Both the position numbers and the translations under genes were made by a program. Below, piece by piece: positions 53,707 to 62,234 of a stretch of 64,000 bases of DNA (positions are counted from its first letter, which is position 1; every line of letters begins with the position of its first letter). The stretch spans positions 736,001 through 800,000 of the forward strand of contig CBDCYI010000011.1 of the NCBI GenBank assembly GCA_965224085.1. Direction: 5' to 3'. A model generated the notes under the pieces. That model did not search any database, was not told the origin of the DNA, and saw nothing but the letters and a program-made list of their open reading frames with translations. This DNA is from Candidatus Marinacidobacterales bacterium (GTDB taxonomy: Bacteria; Acidobacteriota; Vicinamibacteria; Marinacidobacterales; SMYC01).

Positions 53707-55215
53707 CCCTAATCGCAAAAAAAAGAGAGCAAAGTAGCGCGAAAGTATTGACAAAGGAGCCTCTGGGTTTATGTTTGGAGCGTTGCTTCCAAACAAAACC
53801 CCAAACGACCAGAGGCCCCTATAGTGCGCTTGAAACTATCTCGATTTCGCCGGAACTTCAACAAGGATCTTCCGATCGAGTTCACAGAGCAGAACCTGAG
53901 CTCGTTTGGTGGACTGGAACTGTTTTCACGATATTTGCGCCGGGTTGAGCTAAGCCGCCGGGTAGGAAAGGCGTGCAGAGGAAAAGGCATTCGGTCGGAC
54001 TACGGGAGCGTCCGACTGGTTCTGGTGTTGGTTGGGATGCTGCTCGTGGGAGCTCGTCGTCTAGAGCACCTGCAGTATGTCTGTGATGACCCGATGCTGC
54101 TTCGCTTCTGTGGGTTGAGAAGACTACCGAGCCGTCCGACGATCGTGAATTGGCTGAAGCAATTCACGGGAGAGCGGCTCAAGGGCCTATCGGAGTTGAA
54201 CGGTGTATTGGTCCACGAGCAGATCGAGCGATTGGGTCTGAACCGTCTGACGGTAGATATGGACGGCACCGTGGTTCAGGCAGGCAATCAGGTTGGATGG
54301 GCGTTTCGAGGATTCAATCCTCATCGCAAGAAGAATAAAAGTTACTACCCTTTGTTCGCTCACCTGGCTCAGACGGGCCAGATTCTCAAATCCAGAAATC
54401 GTCCTGGCAACGTTCACGACTCCAAGGGTGCCGATGCGTTTCTACGGGAGCTGATAGGCGAGCTACGGGGCCAGTTCGGTCGGTCCCGAAAGCTGGAATT
54501 CCGCACGGATGCCGCGTTTTTCAACGAAAAGATTCTCAAGAGGCTAGAGCGCTCCCGAAGCGAGTTCGCGATCAAGGCTCCGTTCTGGCCGTGGCTCGGC
54601 CTAAAGGAGGTCGTCGCTGGGCGCAAGCGATGGCACCGCGTGAGTGACGAAATCGATGGCTTCTCCATCAAACACTTCATCGAGCCCTGGAATATCACCG
54701 TCCGGATCGCGACCTATCGGAAGCGAGTTCGACATCGAACGCCGAAAAACTTCCAGCTCGACCTGTTTTCTCCAGACGACGGCTACTTCGAGTACTCAGC
54801 CGTCGCCACCAACAAATCGCTCACCGTCCAACGCCTTTGGTACTTCGCTGCTGGGCGAGGCGGCCAAGAGAAAACCTTCGCCGAATTGCGCAGCCAGTTC
54901 GCTCTCGACGTCGTGCCCACTAAAAGCTATGCCGCCAATAGCGCCTGGCAACAGTTGAACGTGCTCGCACACAACCTGTGTCGCAGCTTTCAGCTCGACA
55001 CCATCGCCGAAACGAAAGGCATCTCTCGAAAGCGTACATGCACCCATCTGCTGCACACCATCCGCACCATCCGCTTCCGCATCATCAACAAAGCCGGCCG
55101 CCTCGTTCGCGTTAGTGGTCGAAACGCGCTCCGAATGGCCACAAACTCCTCCACTCAGACACTCTTTGAAAGAATCGAACTCGCGCTAGCGTCATGAATT
55201 ATTGTTCAATTAGGG
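53707..55215 (+). mobile_element. IS1380-family insertion sequence
   Basis: Ends ccctaat.../...attaggg, TTAA duplication at 53703-06 and 55216-19. Confidence 0.9.
53824..55197 (+). CDS. IS1380-family DDE transposase
   Basis: LSSFGGL, VDMDGT, RPGNVH, RTDAAF, RGGQEK, ANSAW. Confidence 0.92.
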   Translation: MRLKLSRFRRNFNKDLPIEFTEQNLSSFGGLELFSRYLRRVELSRRVGKACRGKGIRSDYGSVRLVLVLVGMLLVGARRLEHLQYVCDDPMLLRFCGLRRLPSRPTIVNWLKQFTGERLKGLSELNGVLVHEQIERLGLNRLTVDMDGTVVQAGNQVGWAFRGFNPHRKKNKSYYPLFAHLAQTGQILKSRNRPGNVHDSKGADAFLRELIGELRGQFGRSRKLEFRTDAAFFNEKILKRLERSRSEFAIKAPFWPWLGLKEVVAGRKRWHRVSDEIDGFSIKHFIEPWNITVRIATYRKRVRHRTPKNFQLDLFSPDDGYFEYSAVATNKSLTVQRLWYFAAGRGGQEKTFAELRSQFALDVVPTKSYAANSAWQQLNVLAHNLCRSFQLDTIAETKGISRKRTCTHLLHTIRTIRFRIINKAGRLVRVSGRNALRMATNSSTQTLFERIELALAS

Positions 55216-55327
55216 TTAACTGCCGAGCAGAAGGCGGACATTTTCTACAACAATGCGGCTCGTTTCCTGCGTTTGAGCGAAGAAGAGATCAACACGCATC
55301 GTGGACATTGAAGTCTAAAGGAGGGCC

Positions 55328-55443
55328 GTCTAACCATGAGTTCGAGCGGACGGCACAGAGCCTTCGGCAAAGTATGAGGCATCCTGAAACGGTTAGGTCG
55401 CGGGGGCGCCTCCACCGTGCCGCCGCTCAACTCAACGTTCGGC
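55328..55443 (+). repeat. attC site 2
   Basis: GTCTAAC...gagcggacggcac...gtgccgccgctc...GTTCGGC. Confidence 0.85.
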
Positions 55444-55501
55444 GGACACGAGATGTTCGCTGCGTTTCTAATTCTGTAGGAGCACTGACGAAGAGCAAAG
55501 G

Positions 55502-55924
55502 ATGAATCCAGATCAAAGCAATGGGTTCACTCGGGTTCTCAAGAGCTGGGACGTGCTCGCGCTGTCGTTTGGCGCGATGATCGGATGGGGCTGGGTACTA
55601 CTGTCGGGAAACTGGATCGTACGCGGGGGCAGTCTCGGCACGGTGGTTGCCTTCGCGGTCGGGGGTGGCGCCGTAGTATTGATTAGTCTCTTGTACGCGG
55701 AGCTCGCTGCGGCCATGCCGAAGGTTGGCGGAGAGCACGTCTACACGCATCGAGCCTTGGGTCCCGGCGCGTCGTTCGTTTGTACTTGGGCGATTCTTAT
55801 GGCGTACGTGGGTATTTGCCTGTTCGAAGCCGTCGCACTACCCACCGCGCTCGTATATCTCGTCCCAGCAATTCGCTCTCCGACCTGTGATCTTCTGCAG
55901 CTGTCTTCTGGTCATTATCTTTGA
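55502..55924 (+). pseudogene. APC amino-acid permease N-terminal fragment
   Basis: LSFGAMIGWGW, YAELAAAMPKVGGE; ends after about 125 aa. Confidence 0.8.
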
Positions 55925-55961
55925 GTCTCCTCAGACCGCAGACGCAACGTGGCGTCAGGCT

Positions 55962-56079
55962 GCCTAACGTTGCGTTGAGCGGCGGCACTGCCGTAAGAGC
56001 CGCCGATGCCGACGCTCGTACAAAGTATCTCATGCCTTCACGAAGGCTCGGTGCCGTCTGCTCGAACGCTTTGTTCGGC
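55962..56079 (-). repeat. attC site 3, inverted relative to the array
   Basis: The minus strand carries the family pattern GCCGAAC...gagcagacggcac...gtgccgccgctc...GTTAGGC. Confidence 0.8.
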
Positions 56080-56114
56080 GGCGCCCTAAAGACGAGGTTC
56101 GCTTCTCCCTGTCC

Positions 56115-56355
56115 CATCTCTGAGGCTTATTTCCCACGGGCGGTGCCCAACTGGCTGGAGTACCGATCGAAGTACCACACGACGACGGCGCAATTGGCTG
56201 AGATCGCGAACAAGGCACAGCCGAAACTGCTCATCCTCTATCACCGTGGGGTGGGTCGCGCATCGGGCGACATCTCCGATGCGCAGTACCTCTCCGAGAT
56301 TCAACGGACCTATCGCGGTAGGACCGTCATTGGGAACGATTTGGACGTGTACTGA
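56115..56355 (+). pseudogene. MBL-fold (RNase Z-like) C-terminal fragment
   Basis: KYHTTTAQLAEIA.KAQPKLLILYH...GNDLDVY. Confidence 0.7.
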
Positions 56356-56456
56356 TTAGCCCATTTAATCGTTCGTCTAGGCAAACATACTCAGATTCTG
56401 GTGCCGACGAAAACAAAGTCGTCGTCCGTTAAGCTTCGGTGTTGCGATTCGGGGCT

Positions 56457-56589
56457 GCCTAACAACGGGATCGAGCGGTCGTGGCCTCTCTTTTCGAGTA
56501 ACGTATGGTGTGTATAGCAGGGAGTCGCTTCGAGTGAGCGTGTGCTGGGCCTCCAGGACTGGCCACGCCGCTCATCCCGCGCGTTATAC
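56457..56589 (+). repeat. attC site 4
   Basis: GCCTAAC...gagcggtcgtggcc...ggccacgccgctc...GTTATAC. Confidence 0.85.
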
Positions 56590-56640
56590 CGATGAACCAT
56601 TTGACTGACCGTTATCTTTGACGATGAGAGGAGCAATCTT

Positions 56641-57492
56641 ATGGGCACCACCCTAGTGATTGGGGCGACGGGTAAGGTGGGGCGCGAGGTTGTCGCGCAG
56701 TTGTCGGCGAAAGGAGAGCAGGTTCGAGCGGCAACGCGAGATCCAGCTGCTGCCAAGTTCCCCAAAGGTGTTTCCGCAGTGCGGGTATCCCTGGAGCGGA
56801 AAGAAGACTTACGAAACGCACTCGCGGGTGCCGACCGATTTTTTATGTTGGCGCCGGACGGCGACAAAGAGCCAGATACAACCGTGGGTCGGATCGTCGA
56901 GGAGTGTAAAACGTCGGGAATCGACACGATCGTACTCATGACTGCAATGGGCGTCGATCAGAGTGACAATCCGTTTTCGCGAGCTGAGCGTATCGTCTCT
57001 GAGAGCGCGCTGCGCCACACGTTCATTCGTCCGAACTGGTTCATGCAGAACTTCAGTATTGGCATGTTTGCTCAGTCTATCCGCGATTCAGGAGACATCT
57101 CTCTCCCCGCGGCAGACGCGAAGGTCAGCTTCGTCGACACCCGAGATATTGCAGCCATGGCTGTTGCATCGTTGATTGAAGGCGGGCATGAGGGCATTGG
57201 TTACACAGTGACTGGTAGCCGCGCCATGACACACACGGAGGTCGCAGACATCATCTCAAACGTCTCTGAAAAATCGGTGAGGTATACGAGCATCACGGAT
57301 GACGACTTGCGAGCGTACGCCGCCCAACAGGGGCACGCTCCAGCCGATATCGAGTATTTCGTGTCCTTCTTTCAACCGATGCGTGACGGATTGTACGAGC
57401 CTATTTCTCCCGATGTGTCGACGGTCTTAGGTCGGCCCCCGATTACCTTCGAGCAACACGTTCAGGAGTTCACGGCTCGTTGGCGGAGCTAG
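56641..57492 (+). CDS. NmrA-like NAD(P)H-binding oxidoreductase (gene cassette)
   Basis: GATGKVG, RPNWFMQN, VDTRDIA; bounded by complementary GTTATAC/GTATAAC. Confidence 0.9.
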   Translation: MGTTLVIGATGKVGREVVAQLSAKGEQVRAATRDPAAAKFPKGVSAVRVSLERKEDLRNALAGADRFFMLAPDGDKEPDTTVGRIVEECKTSGIDTIVLMTAMGVDQSDNPFSRAERIVSESALRHTFIRPNWFMQNFSIGMFAQSIRDSGDISLPAADAKVSFVDTRDIAAMAVASLIEGGHEGIGYTVTGSRAMTHTEVADIISNVSEKSVRYTSITDDDLRAYAAQQGHAPADIEYFVSFFQPMRDGLYEPISPDVSTVLGRPPITFEQHVQEFTARWRS

Positions 57493-57550
57493 CACGCGAC
57501 GCATATTTGAGGTGTGGGCCGTCGGAGTCGTGTCACATTTGTGAGTGACG

Positions 57551-57675
57551 GTATAACAAGGCGATCGAGCGGACGGCACAGAGCCTTGGGGTGGGTGACG
57601 GTTTGCGCAATCGGTAGGTAGGCGTGAGCTTCGGTCCGCGCCTACGCCGTGCCGCCGCTCAACTCCACGTTAGCC
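57551..57675 (+). repeat. attC site 5
   Basis: GTATAAC...gagcggacggca...tgccgccgctc...GTTAGCC. Confidence 0.88.
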
Positions 57676-57762
57676 ATGAAATTTCGGCACTGAAGCACCG
57701 CGCTGAACCGGAACAAGACGACGCGTTTGTGGCGACCTGGCCAACAGAGAGATACTGGGACT

Positions 57763-57996
57763 ATGAGTAAACCGGCGTTGGACATCGAGAGGATGAGCCC
57801 GGAGGAGCGTCTCGAATTGTTGGAGCAACTATGGGACAGCCTGCGGAAAGAGCCATCCAGCGTTCCTTTAACCGAGGCACAGCGGGAAGAATTGGACCGT
57901 CGTCTAGACGATTTGGAAACGGACATCGAGAGTGGAGCGCCCCTCGGGATTCCTTGGGATGAGGTTTTGCATCGCATTCGGAATCGCTCTCGTTGA
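57763..57996 (+). CDS. Addiction module antitoxin (TIGR02574-like)
   Basis: ERLELLEQLWDSL...QREELDRRL...IPWDEV. Confidence 0.88.
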   Translation: MSKPALDIERMSPEERLELLEQLWDSLRKEPSSVPLTEAQREELDRRLDDLETDIESGAPLGIPWDEVLHRIRNRSR

Positions 57997-58286
57997 ATCC
58001 CGTCATAATCCGACCCGCTGCGGCGGCAGAGATCGACGAGGCGCACCTGTGGTACGAATCTCAACGGACCGGCTTGGGCGATGAATTCCTTGCAGAGGTC
58101 AACGGAACGCTCGATAGGATCCGAGAAATGCCGGAACTCTACGCCGTGTTGAGACGAGATACACGTCGGGCGATGCTTGTTAGGTTTCCGTATTCACTGC
58201 TCTATCGGCTGGTCGACGACAATGTGATCGTGGTTGCCTGCTTCCATGGGAAACGCGACCCGAAGCGGTGGCACAACCGGACGTGA
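57993..58286 (+). CDS. RelE/ParE family toxin
   Basis: PAAAAEIDEA..WYE...FPYSLLY...ACFHGKRDP. Confidence 0.88.
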   Translation: MNPVIIRPAAAAEIDEAHLWYESQRTGLGDEFLAEVNGTLDRIREMPELYAVLRRDTRRAMLVRFPYSLLYRLVDDNVIVVACFHGKRDPKRWHNRT

Positions 58287-58287
58287 T

Positions 58288-58406
58288 GGCTATCTATGAA
58301 TTCGAGCGGACGGCACACAGGCTGCGGTCAAGGCATGAGACATTTTGAAACCCGTGCGGCTTCGGCAGCGACGTCGCCGTGCCGCCGCTCAATTCAACGG
58401 TTCTGT
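58288..58406 (+). repeat. attC site 6
   Basis: GGCTATC...gagcggacggc...gccgccgctc...GTTCTGT. Confidence 0.82.
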
Positions 58407-58423
58407 GGACTAGGCGATTGCTG

Positions 58424-58693
58424 ATGCCGTAACTCTCGCGCTTCTTTGGGATCGTGATCCGGATGTTTGTCGAGGTCGGTGGGAGTCATCACCTTGCTCA
58501 CCTGCACGCGTATTGTCAGGAGCACGTCGGAATCTATGGAATCGATCCGATCGAATTGATTGCCGGATCGCTCCCAAAACGTCAGGAGCGCCTTGTCCTT
58601 GCCTGGGCAGAGCTCCACAGGGACGAGTTGCTTTCGAGTTGGAAGACTTTGCAAGAAGGCCGCCCACCCTCTAAGATTGAACCATTGAGGTAG
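58424..58693 (+). pseudogene. DUF4160 protein with a stop at codon 3
   Basis: ATG CCG TAA then LSRFFGIVIRMF...HHLAHLHA...WAELH...IEPL. Confidence 0.8.
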
Positions 58694-58700
58694 CAATTCC

Positions 58701-58935
58701 ATGAGCCATGAGATCCACCGGGTCACCAATGTCGAAACGGTCGCGCCGTTCACGCTCCGCGTGGCGTTCGAGGATGGAACGTCACAAGTAATCGACTTCC
58801 GGCCTGTCCTGCACGGAGAACTCTATGGCCCTCTTCAGGATCAGGCGTTTTTTGATAAGGTTCGAATTGATCCAGAGGCTCACACGCTCGTTTGGCCGAA
58901 TGGCGCCGATTTTGACCCTCGCGCAGATTGCCACA
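58701..58935 (+). CDS. DUF2442 protein, 3' end frameshifted into the attC
   Basis: LRVAFEDG...TLVWPNGADFDP. Confidence 0.8.
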
Positions 58936-59047
58936 TAACAGTTCGTTCCCGCGGACGGCGCCGAGTCTTCGGGAGGGGCCAGGGAATACTGGTTGGTCTT
59001 CGCGTTCGGTAGATGAATCGAGGCGCCGCCGCTGAACCCAGTCTTTA
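58933..59047 (+). repeat. attC site 7, degenerate right end
   Basis: ACATAAC...gcggacggcgcc...ggcgccgccgc; no clean GTT. Confidence 0.6.
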
Positions 59048-59112
59048 ATCCCACCATCTGAACGATTCTGCAGGCTCCGAGCCTTGCTTGGATACCGCGT
59101 AGCGGTTTCGTT

Positions 59113-59404
59113 CAACAGCGGGATGTGGTCCGGTTGCGCGTTGCCTTCTATCAGTTCTACTCCTCACCTGTGTATGAGCATCCCTCCCAAGTACAGCGTA
59201 TCTCACACGATCGGTTTTCTGAAAGGGAAGAGTGCGGTACGCATCCACCGAGAATTGCTGAAAGAACGTCGTATGACGGGCTTGCATTTTTGGGCGAAGG
59301 GGTACTGTGTGAGTACGGTTGGCCTTTACGAGGAGCGAATAAGAAAGTACATCCGGGAGCAAGAAAAGCTTGAGTCTCGCCAAGGTGATCTCGACCTGAG
59401 TTAA
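59113..59404 (+). pseudogene. tnpA: IS200/IS605 TnpA fragment with an internal micro-inversion
   Basis: HLCMSIPPKYSVS...LKGKS...FWAKGY...YIREQE; GC hairpins at 59413-59491. Confidence 0.85.
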
Positions 59405-59504
59405 CGAGAGACGGCCCCAACGGGGCCTTCCCAACGTCATCGGCCCCCTCGGGGGGGCCTTCCTAAACCCACGCCCTATGGCGTGGTGGGTTAGTGTCTC
59501 ACTC

Positions 59505-60068
59505 GGGGATGGTTGAAACCCCTCGCCTTCAGGCGAAGCCTTTAGGAGGCTTGCGGTACGATCCCCGGATGAAAGGATATCGGAAATCATCGCACACGAC
59601 GTATCAATTAAACTACCATTTCGTATTCATCCCGAAGTACCGCAAGCCGGTATTGAGAGGAGATGTAGCACTTCGCCTGCGGGAGTTGATAAGAGAGATC
59701 TGTGCGACGCACCACATAGAAATACTGAAGGGCCATGTACGGCCAGAGCACGTTCATCTGTTGCTGAGCGTGCCGCCACGGCTGTCGCCGAGCCGAGTAA
59801 TGCAGGCGATCAAGGGGAAGACATCGCACAAGCTGATGCGTGATTTTCGAGCGATCCGCAAGAAGTTTTGGGGTCGGCACCTGTGGGCGCGCGGCTATTT
59901 TGTAGCGACGAGCGGAAACGTGACCGATGAGGTTGTGGCCAAGTACATCGAGCTGCAAGGAGAGCTGCCGGAAGACGACGAGTCGTTCAGGGTAAGCGAG
60001 TAATCCTCCGCCGTGCGCCTTTAGGCGACTTTAGTCGCCCGCGAACCCATCGCCTTTAGGCGATGGAG
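59505..60068 (+). mobile_element. IS200-like element (boundaries approximate)
   Basis: Subterminal hairpins tcgcc-ttca-ggcga and ccatcgcc-ttta-ggcgatgg around tnpA; cuts the neighbouring PhyH gene. Confidence 0.75.
59569..60003 (+). CDS. tnpA: IS200/IS605 Y1 HUH transposase
   Basis: YHFVFIPKYRK, EHVHL, LWARGY, YIELQ. Confidence 0.95.
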   Translation: MKGYRKSSHTTYQLNYHFVFIPKYRKPVLRGDVALRLRELIREICATHHIEILKGHVRPEHVHLLLSVPPRLSPSRVMQAIKGKTSHKLMRDFRAIRKKFWGRHLWARGYFVATSGNVTDEVVAKYIELQGELPEDDESFRVSE

Positions 60069-60852
60069 CGCACCCGCTCAGTCCCGTCGAGACAAAAGTT
60101 CAGCGCGATAGCGTGTCGTGGCCGCTCGGATTTGTTGGGCGGCGAGCCGTGGATCGTGAGCGGATGGTGGAACGACGCTTCGCCTTTCCCGAGCGTCATC
60201 GGAACGGGCGTGAAGGCTTCGAGCTGCGCGGTTGTCAACACCTTGCGGATCGCGTCCATATCCCCGGTGAGACCCGTGATCGGAAGAGGATCCCAAAGAT
60301 GGCTCTTCGGGACATAGTGCAGGGTCCCGCTCGCTTCATCGACGTCGTCGAGCGGGATCCAGCACGTCAAATGCGCCATCGGCTGGGTCCTCGTCCAATA
60401 CGAGTAGTCTTGATGCCAGGCGACGGATCCCCCGCGCGCGTCTGGCTTGACAAAAAGCTGGTCGTTCCAGAAGCGGACGGCGACACCGAGAAGCTGACTC
60501 GCCGGGACGGCGATGGCGAGGTTCCAGAGTAGGTCGTGAAAGGTGGGCGCTATGCGCCACGCCCCGAGTGCGTGCGTCAGGACCTGCTCGGGATGTTCGG
60601 ACTCGTTCGCGTGGAATTCGTGAAAGAGCTCGTGCCCGGAGTGCTCGAGGTCGAGAAGCGGCTCGAGCTCGAGGCGAAGCTGCTCGACCTGCTGGTCGGT
60701 GAGTACGCGAGTGCCGGTGCAGAAGCCGCGCGCGTGAAAGGCTCTGACGTCGTCATCGGAAAGGCGGGAAAGGCGTTCACTGCGTTCGCTGCGAGAAGTA
60801 GCGACAGATCGCTCAGCGGAGATGATTGATATGAGAGGTCGTCCGTACCCAT
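60056..60852 (-). pseudogene. Phytanoyl-CoA dioxygenase (PhyH) family, frameshifted and 3'-truncated
   Basis: HALGAWRI, WHQDYSYW, WIPLDD, FHHPLTIHGS in different frames. Confidence 0.8.
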
Positions 60853-60898
60853 GGCCGGTGCTATTTTATCCGGTTGCCGGACATGGCATAATTCTTAG

Positions 60899-62212
60899 AT
60901 GCAGCCTTCGCGAATTTCTTTGCTCGTGCTGCTCGCCCTCGTCGGGGGAGCGCTGTCGGGACTTCTTCTATTCGATCATCACGGGGTCGGTGCCGCCGGT
61001 ACCGCCGTCGACGCCATGTGCGGCACGGACGAACAGAGCGGTTGTGAGACGGTGTCCAAGAGCCGCTACTCGTCGATCGGGAACATTTCGGTGGCGGCCA
61101 TCGGTCTCGTCTTCTATGGCTCGGTGGTCTTCCTCGCGTCGCTCGCGCTCGTTGCCGGCGAAACGGTGCGAAGCGCCGCCGCTGGTCTCGCAGTCGCTCT
61201 TGTCGGGGCGGGAGTGGTGGCGGATCTCGGACTCTTTGGGCTCCAAGCCTTCGCGATCGGCGCCTTCTGCAAACTGTGCCTCGCGACTTATGGTGTGAAC
61301 CTCGCGCTGTTTGCGCTACTATGGCCGGCGATGCGCCAACTCGGCTCGGCATTTGCAACTCTTCTCGGCGGTGAGGGCCGTCGCGCGTTCGTCGTTTGGG
61401 CTCTCGGCACCTTCGTGGTGATGGTGTCTGTAGTGGCCGTTGAAAGCGCATTGGCCGGAAACGCCGATGCACAACAGCAGAACCTCCTCGGCTCACCCGC
61501 TCCAGTGAGCTCCGGGGATTCCGGTTCGGTTGCTTCTATCGAGGCGGAGCTCGCACGCGTTCGGGCCCAGCTGGGCGAGCTGCAAGAGACGCTGGACGAC
61601 CCGAAGAAGTATCAGGAATACCAGACGGCCAAGGCGATGGCGCAGTTCGCCTCCGAACAGGTCCACACGCTTACGCTCGACACCATTCCTTTCAAAGGTC
61701 CCGACGGCGCTCCGATCCGCGTTGTGGAGTACTCTGATTTTCTCTGCCCCTACTGCCGAAATCTCGCGACGGCTCTTTCGAACTATCTTCCGAATTCAGG
61801 CGACCGGGTCGCTATCTTCTACAAGAACTATCCGCTCGACCAGGATTGCAACCCCGGTCTGTCCCGAACGCTCCACGAAGGCGCTTGTGAGCTCGCGCTC
61901 GGTGCCGTCTGCGCGTCCGAGCAAGACAAGTTCTGGCCCTATCACGACAAGATCTTCGCCCAGCAGCCGCACAACGCTGAGGTCGATGACGTCGTTCGGA
62001 TCGCGGCATCTGTCGGCGTCGAAGAAGGCCAGATGCGCTCGTGCATGGCGTCGAGCTCGGCCAAAGACGAGCTCGCTGCCCAGATCGCGGAAGCCAAGCA
62101 CCTCGAGGTCAACTCGACCCCGACCTTGTTCATCAACGGCAAGCGCTTGGCTCAGATCGGGAGCTTTCTCCAGGCCATCGAGTCGGAATCGAAACGCCTC
62201 GGCCTCGAATAG
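60899..62212 (+). CDS. VKOR + DsbA/thioredoxin fusion protein
   Basis: C...SGCETVSKSRYS, FCKLC; YSDFLCPYC, STPTLFING. Confidence 0.9.
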   Translation: MQPSRISLLVLLALVGGALSGLLLFDHHGVGAAGTAVDAMCGTDEQSGCETVSKSRYSSIGNISVAAIGLVFYGSVVFLASLALVAGETVRSAAAGLAVALVGAGVVADLGLFGLQAFAIGAFCKLCLATYGVNLALFALLWPAMRQLGSAFATLLGGEGRRAFVVWALGTFVVMVSVVAVESALAGNADAQQQNLLGSPAPVSSGDSGSVASIEAELARVRAQLGELQETLDDPKKYQEYQTAKAMAQFASEQVHTLTLDTIPFKGPDGAPIRVVEYSDFLCPYCRNLATALSNYLPNSGDRVAIFYKNYPLDQDCNPGLSRTLHEGACELALGAVCASEQDKFWPYHDKIFAQQPHNAEVDDVVRIAASVGVEEGQMRSCMASSSAKDELAAQIAEAKHLEVNSTPTLFINGKRLAQIGSFLQAIESESKRLGLE

Positions 62213-62234
62213 CTCGCGATCATCGCCGCGCGGA

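Larger units (their letters stand above)
52970..55311 (+). pseudogene. Amidohydrolase_2 cassette gene interrupted by MITE + IS1380
   Basis: ...KRIMFGSDQ...AGFL| resumes after 55219 as TAEQKADIFYNNAARFL; 5' part degraded. Confidence 0.82.

Noticed and set aside
52417-59047. Recurring gagcggacggcac/gtgccgccgctc repeats as a CRISPR array
   Set aside because: Spacing is gene-sized, repeats have attC core sites, and no cas genes are present
59405-60068. TnpB/omegaRNA system with the IS200 elements
   Set aside because: No tnpB or iscB ORF; the hairpins fit ordinary IS200 ends
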